From an uncultured Arcobacteraceae bacterium (lineage in GTDB: Bacteria; Campylobacterota; Campylobacteria; Campylobacterales; Arcobacteraceae), in NCBI GenBank assembly GCA_964022095.1, contig CAXHZO010000001.1:224001-288000 (forward strand): 64,000 nucleotides of DNA, in the 5' to 3' direction. Below the pieces are notes generated by a model. The model was not told where the DNA came from, did not search any database, and saw only the letters and a list, made by a program, of their open reading frames with translations. The translations under genes were made by a program, and so were the position numbers. Every line of letters begins with the position of its first letter. Positions within the stretch are counted from its first letter, which is position 1. This document shows positions 51,928 to 61,525 of this stretch, piece after piece.

Positions 51928-53223
51928 TTATTTATCTTCTAATCTAACTCTAACAGATTTTGCGTGTGCTGTTAGACCTTCTGTATCTGCTAGAAGTGCA
52001 CATGCTTCACCTAATTCATCAATTGCATTTTTTGAGAAATTGATAATTGAACTTTTCTTCATAAAGTTTTCAACATTTAATGGTGAATAAAATTTAGCTG
52101 TACTTCCAGTTGGTAGTGTATGATTTGGTCCTGCAATATAATCACCAATTGGTTCAGGAGTATTTTCACCTAAGAAAATTGCACCTGCATGCTTAATATA
52201 TGGTAATAATTCAAAAGAATTCTTAGTCATAACTTCTAAGTGTTCAGGAGCAATTTCATTCATAAGATCAAGTGCTTCTGTCATATCTTTTGTAACTATT
52301 ATTGCACCTCTTTCATCAATTGATTTTCTAGCAATTGTTTCTCTACTTAAAGTTTTTAGGTATTCTTCAACTTCTTTGCTAGTTAAACTTGCAACTTCAT
52401 CACAAGTTGTAATCATAATAGAGCTAGCCATTTCATCATGCTCAGCTTGAGATAATAAATCAATAGCTAAATAATGAGGTTTTGCTGTTTCATCTGCAAG
52501 TATTCCAATTTCAGATGGTCCTGCAATCATATCAATATGTACTTCACCAAAAACTAATTTTTTAGCAGTTGCTACAAAGATATTTCCAGGTCCTGTGATA
52601 ACATCAACTTTAGGAATAGTTTGTGTTCCATAAGCCATTGCTGCAATTGCAGATGCTCCACCTACTTTGTAAACTTTTGAAACTTTACATAAGTGACATG
52701 CTGCTAATAATAACTCATTTACTTCATTATCAGGAGTTGGAGTACATACTACAATCTCTTCAACACCAGCAACAATTGCAGGAATTGCATTCATCAATAA
52801 ACTACTTGGATATGCAGCTTTTCCACCAGGAATATATAACCCAGCTTTATCAACAGCACTTACTTTTTGGCCTAAAATAGTACCATTTGATTCAAAATCA
52901 ATCCATGATTTTGGTAATTGTTTTTCGTGATATGCTTTAATTCTATCATATGCAGTATGTAGTGCATCTCTTAATTTATCATCAATATTTTCATAAGCTT
53001 TTTTCATATCTTCAGAAGAAATTAGTAATTCATCATCACTTTTAACTTCCCATTTATCAAACTTTTCAATATGTCTTTTTAAAGCTTCATTTCCTTCTTC
53101 TATAATTTCATCAATAATTCCTGTAACAATTGATGAAACACCTTTAATATCACTTTTAGCTCTTGCTAAAATTCCATCAAATTCATCTTTAAAATTTTTA
53201 TCATTAGTATTTATAATTTTCAT
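51928..53223 (-). CDS. hisD: Histidinol dehydrogenase
   Basis: GLYIPGGKAAYPSS, IDMIAGPSE, SQAEHD, APEHL. Confidence 0.97.
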   Translation of the reverse strand: MKIINTNDKNFKDEFDGILARAKSDIKGVSSIVTGIIDEIIEEGNEALKRHIEKFDKWEVKSDDELLISSEDMKKAYENIDDKLRDALHTAYDRIKAYHEKQLPKSWIDFESNGTILGQKVSAVDKAGLYIPGGKAAYPSSLLMNAIPAIVAGVEEIVVCTPTPDNEVNELLLAACHLCKVSKVYKVGGASAIAAMAYGTQTIPKVDVITGPGNIFVATAKKLVFGEVHIDMIAGPSEIGILADETAKPHYLAIDLLSQAEHDEMASSIMITTCDEVASLTSKEVEEYLKTLSRETIARKSIDERGAIIVTKDMTEALDLMNEIAPEHLEVMTKNSFELLPYIKHAGAIFLGENTPEPIGDYIAGPNHTLPTGSTAKFYSPLNVENFMKKSSIINFSKNAIDELGEACALLADTEGLTAHAKSVRVRLEDK

Positions 53224-53738
53224 TAGATTTGTCCTAAAATTTCTTCAACAATTAAATTAATATCTTTTTTTTCAACATCAACAATAATATCAGCAACCTC
53301 TTCATATTGAGGTGATCTTTCATTAAATAGTTTATTAGCTACTTGTATATCTTGTAAAAGTGGTCTTTTTTTAAGTTTATTAGCAGCATTTGGTGCGCTA
53401 TTAATTCTATCAAGTATTCCTTGGAAAGATGATTTTAAATAAACTACTTTTCCAATTTTGTTAAGTTTTTCTTGCTTATAAAAGCCTCCACCTGTTGAGA
53501 TGATTGTTCCTTTTACATTTTTAGCAAGCCATTTAGCAGTTTTCTTTTCTAAATTTCTAAAATATGGTTCACCTTCAACATCAAAAATTTTTTTGATTTT
53601 TCTGTTTTCCATACTCTCAATAATATCATCAGTATCAATCGCCATCATATCAGAAGCTTTCACTAAAGCACGTGCAACTGTACCTTTACCAACACCCATA
53701 AAACCTATTAATATTATATTGTTCTTTTTCATAGTCAT
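53223..53738 (-). CDS. aroK: Shikimate kinase
   Basis: LIGFMGVGKGT, GEPYFR, STGGG, RPLL. Confidence 0.93.
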   Translation of the reverse strand: MTMKKNNIILIGFMGVGKGTVARALVKASDMMAIDTDDIIESMENRKIKKIFDVEGEPYFRNLEKKTAKWLAKNVKGTIISTGGGFYKQEKLNKIGKVVYLKSSFQGILDRINSAPNAANKLKKRPLLQDIQVANKLFNERSPQYEEVADIIVDVEKKDINLIVEEILGQI

Positions 53739-53765
53739 GGATTATATCGAAATTATTGTAAATTT

Positions 53766-54632
53766 TTAGTTTAGTGGTATTTTATACTTATATTTATATC
53801 TTTGAAGCATACTTATATTGCCTAAAATACCACCTTGATGAATATACATATATTTGTAATTTTTATCATAGTTTTCTTTTAAGTAGTTTTGAAAAACTAT
53901 CCACCCTAAACTGTCATAAAGCAAATCAAACTCAATATTTGTTTGATTTAATAACTCATGATGAACTTCATAGAACTCTTTATATAATTTTCCAAAGTGA
54001 TACTTTTTTTCTCTTTTTAAAATTGTAGGGAAGTTGTCTTTTTCTAAAAGTTCAAACTGCTTTTGTAAGTATGTTTCATCTCCAACGCAAGCACAAGTTA
54101 AAACCTCAAATGGTAAATATTTTTGTAAGAAAAGTGCTGTTGTTCCTGTACCACTTGGTAAAAATACTTTTAAATTTTTTATATCGTTTTTTTCTGCCCA
54201 AGATTTAATTTCATTTGCTAGTTTTTCTATACCAACTTTTGCCTCATTTACAGCACCACCTTCACTTATAAAAAGTGTTTCATCATCAAATTTACTTGGA
54301 ACTTTTTGTTCAATTATTTTAGCTTCATTATTCAAAGCTTCTTTATAATTTCCTGCTGGGTTTTCTTTTAAATATGTAGGAACATGATCAACATAGTATT
54401 CAAAACTCCATGATTTTAATTTACTTAAAACTGATAAAGAGTACATTGCATTTGATTGTGCAGAACCATATGATACTATTTTTTTAATATTTGGAAAATC
54501 ATTTATTAAATAGTAGTAGAATTTTCTAGCTTTATTACCTGAAAAATCTTTATTGAGTAAATCATCTCTTTTTATAAAATATTCATAATCATTAAATTGT
54601 ATTTTTTCTACTGGTGAGTTTTGTAAGTTCAT
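53766..54632 (-). CDS. ACC deaminase / D-cysteine desulfhydrase family PLP enzyme
   Basis: KRDDLL...SGNKARK, QSNAM, SGTGTT, HQGG. Confidence 0.85.
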   Translation of the reverse strand: MNLQNSPVEKIQFNDYEYFIKRDDLLNKDFSGNKARKFYYYLINDFPNIKKIVSYGSAQSNAMYSLSVLSKLKSWSFEYYVDHVPTYLKENPAGNYKEALNNEAKIIEQKVPSKFDDETLFISEGGAVNEAKVGIEKLANEIKSWAEKNDIKNLKVFLPSGTGTTALFLQKYLPFEVLTCACVGDETYLQKQFELLEKDNFPTILKREKKYHFGKLYKEFYEVHHELLNQTNIEFDLLYDSLGWIVFQNYLKENYDKNYKYMYIHQGGILGNISMLQRYKYKYKIPLN

Positions 54633-54673
54633 AGTGTAAGTATACCAATTTGTTTGTGTAATTTAAAAAAGTT

Positions 54674-54708
54674 TAATAAATAAGTAAATTAAATTTACTT
54701 ATTTATTA
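54674..54708. terminator. Long AT-rich inverted repeat downstream of the carbonic anhydrase gene
   Basis: TAATAAATAAGTAAATT-a-AATTTACTTATTTATTA. Confidence 0.55.
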
Positions 54709-54727
54709 TTTAAAATGAGAAGAAAAA

Positions 54728-55585
54728 TTATTTGATTTCAGAAAGTAACTTAGGGTTTAAAACAAGATTTCTTACACCATGTGCATGATCTTCTTTAAAA
54801 ACATTACCTTTACACCATTGTCCTACTGTAGCAATATTAACTTTTGCAACTTTTGGTCTTACACTCCATGTAACTTGAAAAGGTGATCCTTTTTCATTAT
54901 ATCCTGGACCTGTTGTTGAACCTTGATACTCTATTGGTTTACCAGTATTTGATGGAATGTTTAATGCTTGATTAAATCCATCCTTAAGTCCATGTTTTGC
55001 TAACTTATTAAAATCAAGTGCATTTTTATCATTTACCAATACAAACACTTGAGTTTCAACTCTTAATTGAGGATTTTTAATAGAATCACTTAAACAAGCT
55101 CCTAATGTTGGACCTGGCTTAACATTTGCTGTAGAATGAACATAATGTACTTCTATTGTGTCTCCAGGCAATAATCCACCATGCTTACTTGGACAAATTT
55201 CATTTTCTGTTTTTAATAATTCCTGAACTTTTAAAGTACCATTGTATTTATATCCACTTTGATATCCATGTCCATCACCATTTCCAGCATAAGTAGTAAA
55301 TTCACCACCCTTGTGTTCTGCATTTTTATGAAAATGAATATTACAAAGATTCATTTGAGTATATTCAGGTGCTGAATTAAATACTATTTTATTTTTACCA
55401 TTATTTGAATTTATATCTCTTGGAGATTGTGGTCCAAAACCTTTTTCTTTTGTATTTTCACTTAGTAAAGCTCTTTGTTTTTCAATAACCTTATCACTAA
55501 CTAAGTTATTATTTTCATGATTAGTTTTTGCATTAGATGCTGTTATTAGCAGTGCTGCTAAAGGCATCAACATTTTTAATTTCAT
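54728..55585 (-). CDS. Secreted delta-class carbonic anhydrase
   Basis: Signal peptide; GPQSPRDI, LCNIHFHKNAEH, GDTIEVHYVHS, YQGSTTG, VTWSV, HAHGVR. Confidence 0.8.
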   Translation of the reverse strand: MKLKMLMPLAALLITASNAKTNHENNNLVSDKVIEKQRALLSENTKEKGFGPQSPRDINSNNGKNKIVFNSAPEYTQMNLCNIHFHKNAEHKGGEFTTYAGNGDGHGYQSGYKYNGTLKVQELLKTENEICPSKHGGLLPGDTIEVHYVHSTANVKPGPTLGACLSDSIKNPQLRVETQVFVLVNDKNALDFNKLAKHGLKDGFNQALNIPSNTGKPIEYQGSTTGPGYNEKGSPFQVTWSVRPKVAKVNIATVGQWCKGNVFKEDHAHGVRNLVLNPKLLSEIK

Positions 55586-55713
55586 TAAAAACTCCTTTTA
55601 AATTTGGAAAATATTACTTTAAATATCTTAAAGATTTTCTTAATAATAATATGCTGTGAACTATTTATTAACAAAACTTTTGTACAATAATAAAAAAACT
55701 TATGGGAAAATAA

Positions 55714-56184
55714 ATGGATTTAATGACTTATATAGACAAAGGTGGAATTATTGTTTATATTCTAATTGCACTTAATACAATTGGATTTACTATTATTTTA
55801 TGGAAGTTTTTTACACTTCCAAGAAAAAATAGTCTAATTGAAAAAATAAAAAAAAGAATAAATCCAGAAAGTTCAGTTTATGCACAAATCGAGTATGAAG
55901 TAAAAAAACTAGAATCAGGATTAACTTATATAAAAAATATTGCAACTATTGCTCCACTTTTAGGATTACTTGGAACTGTAATTGGTGTATATCAGTCATT
56001 TGAAGCAATTACAGCAAATGGATTAGGCGATCCAACTGTATTTTCAAATGGTATTGCAATAGCACTTATTACAACAATTGCAGGTCTTATCGTAGCTATT
56101 CCTCATCATATTGCATATAATCACTTTATTTCAATGATTGATTCAATTGAACTAAAAGCTAAAAAGGTTATTGGTAAGTTTTAA
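55714..56184 (+). CDS. MotA/TolQ/ExbB family proton channel
   Basis: IATIAPLLGLLGTV, GIAIALITTIAGLIVAIP. Confidence 0.9.
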   Translation: MDLMTYIDKGGIIVYILIALNTIGFTIILWKFFTLPRKNSLIEKIKKRINPESSVYAQIEYEVKKLESGLTYIKNIATIAPLLGLLGTVIGVYQSFEAITANGLGDPTVFSNGIAIALITTIAGLIVAIPHHIAYNHFISMIDSIELKAKKVIGKF

Positions 56185-56573
56185 TGAAAAGAAGAGAACC
56201 TTTAGGTATTGATTTAACACCTATTATTGATGTTGTATTTATTCTTTTAATATTTTTTATTGTTAGTTCTGTATTTAAAAAAGATGAACTTGCTTTAATT
56301 TTAGACTTGCCAACTTCTAGTGCAGATGAAATAAAAGTTGATAAAGAACAAGTATTTATTGAACTTAGTAAAAATAAACTTGCTATAAAAGGTATAGAAG
56401 TATCTTTTGAATCACTTGAAGATAATTTAAAGGCAATTGAAAATAAACAAAAAGCTGTAATAGTTAGAATTGATAAAAAAGTTGAATATGAAAGAGTTGT
56501 AAAATTATTAGATTTACTTCAAAAATATGATTTAACGAACTTAGCATTAGTAACAAACGAAGAAAAGAATTGA
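56184..56573 (+). CDS. ExbD/TolR family protein
   Basis: DLTPIIDVVFILLIFFIV. Confidence 0.9.
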   Translation: MKRREPLGIDLTPIIDVVFILLIFFIVSSVFKKDELALILDLPTSSADEIKVDKEQVFIELSKNKLAIKGIEVSFESLEDNLKAIENKQKAVIVRIDKKVEYERVVKLLDLLQKYDLTNLALVTNEEKN

Positions 56574-56574
56574 A

Positions 56575-56961
56575 TTAATTCTTTTTCTCGTCTTCTTCTT
56601 TAAACTGAAGATACTCTTCATCAGTCATAATTCTTGATTTTGTTACAAATTGATATCCTAAATCTATCTCTACTGAGAAAGAATTTCCAAATGCAGCGTT
56701 CTCTTTTTTAACCTCAATAGTTAAAAGTGAATGTTTAAAATATTCATATTTTTCTGGAGAAATGTAGAATTCACATCCACAAATTTCACCTAATTTTATA
56801 TGTCTGCTTGGTACATAAAAGTCAGTTGTAGCATAACACATAGGTGCAGTTCCATCACAGCAACCACCACTTTGAGAAAATACTAAATCACCATGTTCTT
56901 TTTTTAAAATTTCAATTACTTCGCAAGTTTCTTTTGTAGCTTGTACTCTTTTTAATGTCAT
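56575..56961 (-). CDS. DUF779 family protein
   Basis: FSQSGGCCDGTAPMCY; usual companion of AldB-type dehydrogenases. Confidence 0.88.
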   Translation of the reverse strand: MTLKRVQATKETCEVIEILKKEHGDLVFSQSGGCCDGTAPMCYATTDFYVPSRHIKLGEICGCEFYISPEKYEYFKHSLLTIEVKKENAAFGNSFSVEIDLGYQFVTKSRIMTDEEYLQFKEEDEKKN

Positions 56962-56983
56962 AATAAATCCTTTTTTTAGAAAA

Positions 56984-57018
56984 AAAATATAGAAGGAAAG
57001 GTAAACCTTCTATATTTT
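56984..57018 (-). terminator. Hairpin/terminator after aldB
   Basis: AAAATATAGAAGG...CCTTCTATATTTT, T run on the minus strand. Confidence 0.6.
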
Positions 57019-57049
57019 ATATAAGATAGTGTTAAATCAAACTTATCTA

Positions 57050-58546
57050 TTAAAAGAATCCTAAAGCATTTTTGCTGTAAGAAGTTAAAATATTTTTTGT
57101 GTGTCTGTAAGAGTTTAACATCATCATGTGAGTTTCTCTACCGATACCTGATTTTTTGTATCCACCAAATGATGCATGTGATGGGTATAAGTGGTAACAG
57201 TTAACCCATACTCTACCTGCTTCAATTCCTCTTGACATTCTATGTAATTGGTGAGCGTCTCTTGACCATACACCAGAACCTAATCCGTACTCAGTATCAT
57301 TAGCAATTTCTAATGCTTCAGCTTCATCTTTGAAAGTTGTAAGAGCAAGTACTGGTCCAAAAATTTCTTCTTGGAAGATTCTCATTTTGTTGTGACCTTT
57401 GAAGATCGTTGGTTCAATATAGAATCCATTTGGATTAGTTTCAGATTCATAAACATTTCCACCAATTAGACACTCAGCACCTTCTTCTTTACCAATTTTG
57501 ATATATTCAGCAATTTTCTCTTTTTGGTTAAGAGAACATTGTGCACCCATCATATTTTCAGTATCTAGAGGGTTACCTAATTTAATAGCTTTAACTCTTT
57601 CTAATACTCTTGCTATGAATGGCTCATAAATTGACTCTTGGATTAATGCTCTTGATGGACAAGTACAAACTTCACCAGAGTTAAATGCGAATAATACTAA
57701 ACCTTCAATTGCTTTATCAAAGAACTCATCATCAGCGTCCATGATTGATTCGAAGAATACGTTTGGAGATTTACCACCTAATTCTAATGTAGAAGGGATA
57801 ATGTTCTCAGTAGCATATTGCATAATTAATTGACCAGTAGTTGTTTCACCTGTGAAACCTACTTTTTTAATGTCTGGGTGAGTTGATAAGAATTTACCAA
57901 TTTTTCCACCTGAACCATTAATAATGTTAACAGCACCTTTTGGTAATACATCTTGAATTGTTTCCATTAATAATAAAATTGACATTGGAGTAGCTGATGC
58001 TGGCTTCATAACAATTGTGTTACCTGCTGCTAATGCAGGAGCTAATTTCCATGCTGCCATTAATAATGGGAAGTTCCAAGGAATAATTTGAGCAACAACA
58101 CCATATGGCTCATAAACTTCTTGAGAAATTGTGTTCTCATCTAAATCTGCAACTGAACCAGACTCTCCTCTAATAACTGAAGCAAAGTATCTAAAGTGAT
58201 CTACAACTAAAGGAACGTCTGCATTTAAAGTTTCTCTAACAGTTTTACCGTTATCTAAAGTTTCAGCGATTGCTAAAGCTTCTAAGTTAGCTTCAATTGC
58301 GTCTGCAACTTTATTTAACATTGTACTTCTCTCAACAACTGAAGTATGTTTGTATGATTCGAAACAAGTCTTAGCAGCAGCAATTGCTAACTCTACATCT
58401 TCTTCATTTGATCTTGGAATTTGTGTTAAACCTTTCCCATCAACTGGAGAAATATTTTCAAAGTACTCACCACTCTTTGGAGCAACCCATTCACCACCGA
58501 TGAAGTTCTCATATTGAGCTTTGTATTCTGGTCTACTATAGATCAT
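57050..58546 (-). CDS. aldB: NAD-dependent aldehyde (acetaldehyde) dehydrogenase, AldB/ExaC type
   Basis: QIIPWNFPLLMAAWK, FTGETTTG, LELGGKSP, GEVCTCPSR, EEIFGP, ends ALGFF. Confidence 0.9.
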   Translation of the reverse strand: MIYSRPEYKAQYENFIGGEWVAPKSGEYFENISPVDGKGLTQIPRSNEEDVELAIAAAKTCFESYKHTSVVERSTMLNKVADAIEANLEALAIAETLDNGKTVRETLNADVPLVVDHFRYFASVIRGESGSVADLDENTISQEVYEPYGVVAQIIPWNFPLLMAAWKLAPALAAGNTIVMKPASATPMSILLLMETIQDVLPKGAVNIINGSGGKIGKFLSTHPDIKKVGFTGETTTGQLIMQYATENIIPSTLELGGKSPNVFFESIMDADDEFFDKAIEGLVLFAFNSGEVCTCPSRALIQESIYEPFIARVLERVKAIKLGNPLDTENMMGAQCSLNQKEKIAEYIKIGKEEGAECLIGGNVYESETNPNGFYIEPTIFKGHNKMRIFQEEIFGPVLALTTFKDEAEALEIANDTEYGLGSGVWSRDAHQLHRMSRGIEAGRVWVNCYHLYPSHASFGGYKKSGIGRETHMMMLNSYRHTKNILTSYSKNALGFF

Positions 58547-58629
58547 TTTAAAATCCTTTTATTTTATATTTTTTTATTTAGGAGAAAAATCATTAACTAA
58601 CTGTTCTACTAATTTTTCCGCATGTTGAA

Positions 58630-58686
58630 ATTCTACAAGACAAATATAGCAAGAATTTAGCTTAAGTATAGCATAAATATAGCGAA
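58630..58686 (-). promoter_or_regulatory. Four-fold 11-bp direct repeat operator plus -10 box of aldB
   Basis: TAGC at 58647, 58658, 58669, 58680; minus-strand TAGAAT at 58635-58630, 10 bp from the last repeat. Confidence 0.78.
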
Positions 58687-58775
58687 GCTATTTTTTTTCT
58701 ATAAATACCTTAAAAACGATATTCTTAAGCTTCTTTTACTTTGTTTTTTTTGTTTTTTTTGCTACAATTTTTTTT

Positions 58776-60692
58776 ATGAAGACATATAATTATACAATTA
58801 AGAACCAACCTTTAGATTTATTAATTGATTTTAATACATTTAAAGACGAAGAAAACATATTAATTCAAATTTTTTGTGGACAAACAAAAGATAAATTAAA
58901 AAAAATTGTTAGAGATTTTAAACAAAAACTTCCACAAGCATTTTTAATTGGTTCATCAACTGATGGAGAGATAAACAATAGTAACATCACTACATTAAAA
59001 ACTGTTATTTCTATCTCAGTTTTTCAAAGTACAACTATTAAATCTGCATATGCAACAGAAGAGGACTCATTTAAAAATGGAGTTAAATTAGCAAAAAAAA
59101 TATGTGAAGACAATTCAAAAGTATTGATAGCTTTTTGTAATCCTTATACTACCAATGGTGAAGAGTTTTTAAATGGTATTAGTTCAGTAGATAACGAAGT
59201 TATTGTTTGTGGAGGAATGGCTGGAGATAATGCAACATTTAAACAAACATTTATATGCTCTGATGAAACAGTATTAACTGATGGTGCTGTAGGTATTACA
59301 TTAAATTCAGATGAACTAAATGCCTGTAGTTCATATAACTTCAACTGGTCCCCTATTGGAATTAACCATGTTATTGAGAAAGTTAAAGGAAATAGAGTTT
59401 ATCAAATCTCAGGATTAAAGCCAATTGATTTTTATAAAAAATATCTAGGAGATTATGTTGCATTATCACTTCCTGCTACAGGTATTGAGTTTCCATTAAT
59501 TGTAAAGAAAAATGGTATACCTTTAGCAAGAGCAGTTATTAATAAACATGATGATGGTAGTTTAAGTTTTGCTGGTAATTTAAATGAAGGGGATATCGTA
59601 AAACTTGGATTTGGTAATGTAGAAATGATTATGAGTAATCCAATTCAGTCATTATTTAATAAATGTTCCATTGTAGATACAGAGTCATTCTTTATTTATT
59701 CATGTATGGCAAGAAGAAGATATATGCCAAGCTTAATTGATATAGAAATAAAACCTTTCTCAAAAGTTGCTACGACATCAGGTTTTTTTACTTATGGCGA
59801 GTTTTATCACAATAAAGAAAAAGTAAGCAATGAACTACTAAACCAAACTTTAACAGTACTTGCATTAAGTGAAAGAGAATCAGAACCTCATAAAGAAAAA
59901 AAAGTTCAAAAAAACGATACAAACTTAAGTGAATATGCAAGAAGTTTACAAGCCTTAACTCACTTGATTCAACAATCATCACAAGATTATAATGATCAAT
60001 CAAAAAAGTTGGAGCAAGGTCATAAATATGCTCAAAATTTAATAGAATCTCAAAAACAATTTTTAAAATATGCAATTCATGAAACGAATACTCCACTTTC
60101 AATTATTATGGGAAATATTGATATGTATGAAATTGAATATGGAAAAAATAAATACTTATCTAATATTGAAGTTGCAATGAAAAATCTATTTAGTATATAT
60201 GACGACTTAAGTTACTTGATTAAGAAAGACCAAGTAAATCAAGCAGTTCATGAAATAAACCTAGTAGACTTTTTACGAAGTAGAATAGATTTTTATACAC
60301 AAAATGCAATAAAATCAAAATCAACACTAAAATTTACTCATAATAAAGACGAAGTCAATTTAAAATTTAATGAAATTAAACTTCAAAGAATTGTTGATAA
60401 TAATTTAACAAATGCAATTAAGTATACATTACCAAATCAAGGCATTAAAGTAAAATTAAAATTACATCCAAATGGCGAGTGTGATTTGTCTTTTGAAAGT
60501 AAATCAGTTCAAATACTTGACCCTCAACAAATATTTGAGGAATACTATAGAGAAGAAGAAACTCAAGATGGATTTGGATTAGGATTAAATTTAGTAAAAA
60601 GAATATGTAGTGAAGAGAATGTTGGAATTAAACTAGAATCTGGTGAAAACTGGGCTTCATTTACTTATACATTTAAAGGAATAAAAATATGA
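58776..60692 (+). CDS. Cytoplasmic FIST-domain sensor histidine kinase
   Basis: IGSSTDGEI, CGGMAGD, YSCMARR, GFFTYGEF (FIST); HETNTPL, NNLTNAIKY, GFGLGL; no TM helix. Confidence 0.88.
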   Translation: MKTYNYTIKNQPLDLLIDFNTFKDEENILIQIFCGQTKDKLKKIVRDFKQKLPQAFLIGSSTDGEINNSNITTLKTVISISVFQSTTIKSAYATEEDSFKNGVKLAKKICEDNSKVLIAFCNPYTTNGEEFLNGISSVDNEVIVCGGMAGDNATFKQTFICSDETVLTDGAVGITLNSDELNACSSYNFNWSPIGINHVIEKVKGNRVYQISGLKPIDFYKKYLGDYVALSLPATGIEFPLIVKKNGIPLARAVINKHDDGSLSFAGNLNEGDIVKLGFGNVEMIMSNPIQSLFNKCSIVDTESFFIYSCMARRRYMPSLIDIEIKPFSKVATTSGFFTYGEFYHNKEKVSNELLNQTLTVLALSERESEPHKEKKVQKNDTNLSEYARSLQALTHLIQQSSQDYNDQSKKLEQGHKYAQNLIESQKQFLKYAIHETNTPLSIIMGNIDMYEIEYGKNKYLSNIEVAMKNLFSIYDDLSYLIKKDQVNQAVHEINLVDFLRSRIDFYTQNAIKSKSTLKFTHNKDEVNLKFNEIKLQRIVDNNLTNAIKYTLPNQGIKVKLKLHPNGECDLSFESKSVQILDPQQIFEEYYREEETQDGFGLGLNLVKRICSEENVGIKLESGENWASFTYTFKGIKI

Positions 60693-61348
60693 AAATTTTG
60701 CTTTTAGAAGATGACTCTATGTTAAATGAAATGATTGCAGAGTATTTAACTTCAACAGGTCACATTGTAACTACTGCAACTACAGGTAAACAGTGCCTAG
60801 AAATACTTGAGGATGGTAAGTTTGATTTGTTGATTTTAGATATTAACCTCCCTGATATTGATGGTTTTACAATACTAGAGAATCTACATGAACAAAAAAG
60901 AATGATTCCTACTATTTATATATCTGCATTAATTGATATTGAAGAAATTACAAGAGCTTTTGATATTGGATGCCATGATTATTTAAAAAAACCTTTTCAT
61001 TTAAGAGAATTAACTCTTAGAATAAATAAAATTCTAAAAACAAATATTGCTCCTCAAAAGCATAAAAGACTATCAAAATCATATAGTTTTGATGCAGAAT
61101 CAATGACATTATATTTTAATAATGAACCTCACATTTTACCAAAAAGACAACTTCAAATTATTGAACTACTTGCACATAATAGGAGTTTGGTAGTTAATTA
61201 TGATATGTTTAGAACATATGTATGGAATGATGACTATATAGATAATGCAACAATTAGAGCTGAAGTAAATAGGGTTAAAAAAGTACTAAAAGAAGATTTT
61301 ATAAAAAATATTAGAGGAAGTGGATATATGGTTGAAAGACCCAATTAA
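60689..61348 (+). CDS. OmpR-family response regulator
   Basis: LLEDD...LDINLPDIDG...DYLKKPF...NIRGSGY; ATGA overlap with the kinase. Confidence 0.93.
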   Translation: MKILLLEDDSMLNEMIAEYLTSTGHIVTTATTGKQCLEILEDGKFDLLILDINLPDIDGFTILENLHEQKRMIPTIYISALIDIEEITRAFDIGCHDYLKKPFHLRELTLRINKILKTNIAPQKHKRLSKSYSFDAESMTLYFNNEPHILPKRQLQIIELLAHNRSLVVNYDMFRTYVWNDDYIDNATIRAEVNRVKKVLKEDFIKNIRGSGYMVERPN

Positions 61349-61382
61349 AAAAAGCGATAAGTTAAAACTTATCGCTTTTTTT
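61347..61382. terminator. Bidirectional intrinsic terminator between the regulator and pqqA
   Basis: AAAAAAAGCGATAAGT...ACTTATCGCTTTTTTT. Confidence 0.85.
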
Positions 61383-61398
61383 ATTTTGAATTTTCAAA

Positions 61399-61473
61399 TT
61401 ATACGTGACATATATACATAGTAACTTCAAATCCAAATCTGTTATCTACGAATTCCGGAGTTTCCCATTTCAT
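61399..61473 (-). CDS. pqqA: Pyrroloquinoline quinone precursor peptide PqqA (24 aa, not in the ORF track)
   Basis: MKWETPEFVDNRFGFEVTMYICHV; W..P....R.GFEVTMY with ExxxY; SD AAGGAGGTG; pqqE nearby. Confidence 0.95.
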   Translation of the reverse strand: MKWETPEFVDNRFGFEVTMYICHV

Positions 61474-61496
61474 TGCGCCTCACCTCCTTTTTTTTA

Positions 61497-61505
61497 ATTA
61501 TATCA
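61497..61505 (-). promoter_or_regulatory. Extended -10 promoter of pqqA
   Basis: Minus strand TGATATAAT (TGn-TATAAT). Confidence 0.55.
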
Positions 61506-61525
61506 TTTTTTCTAATATATTAATA

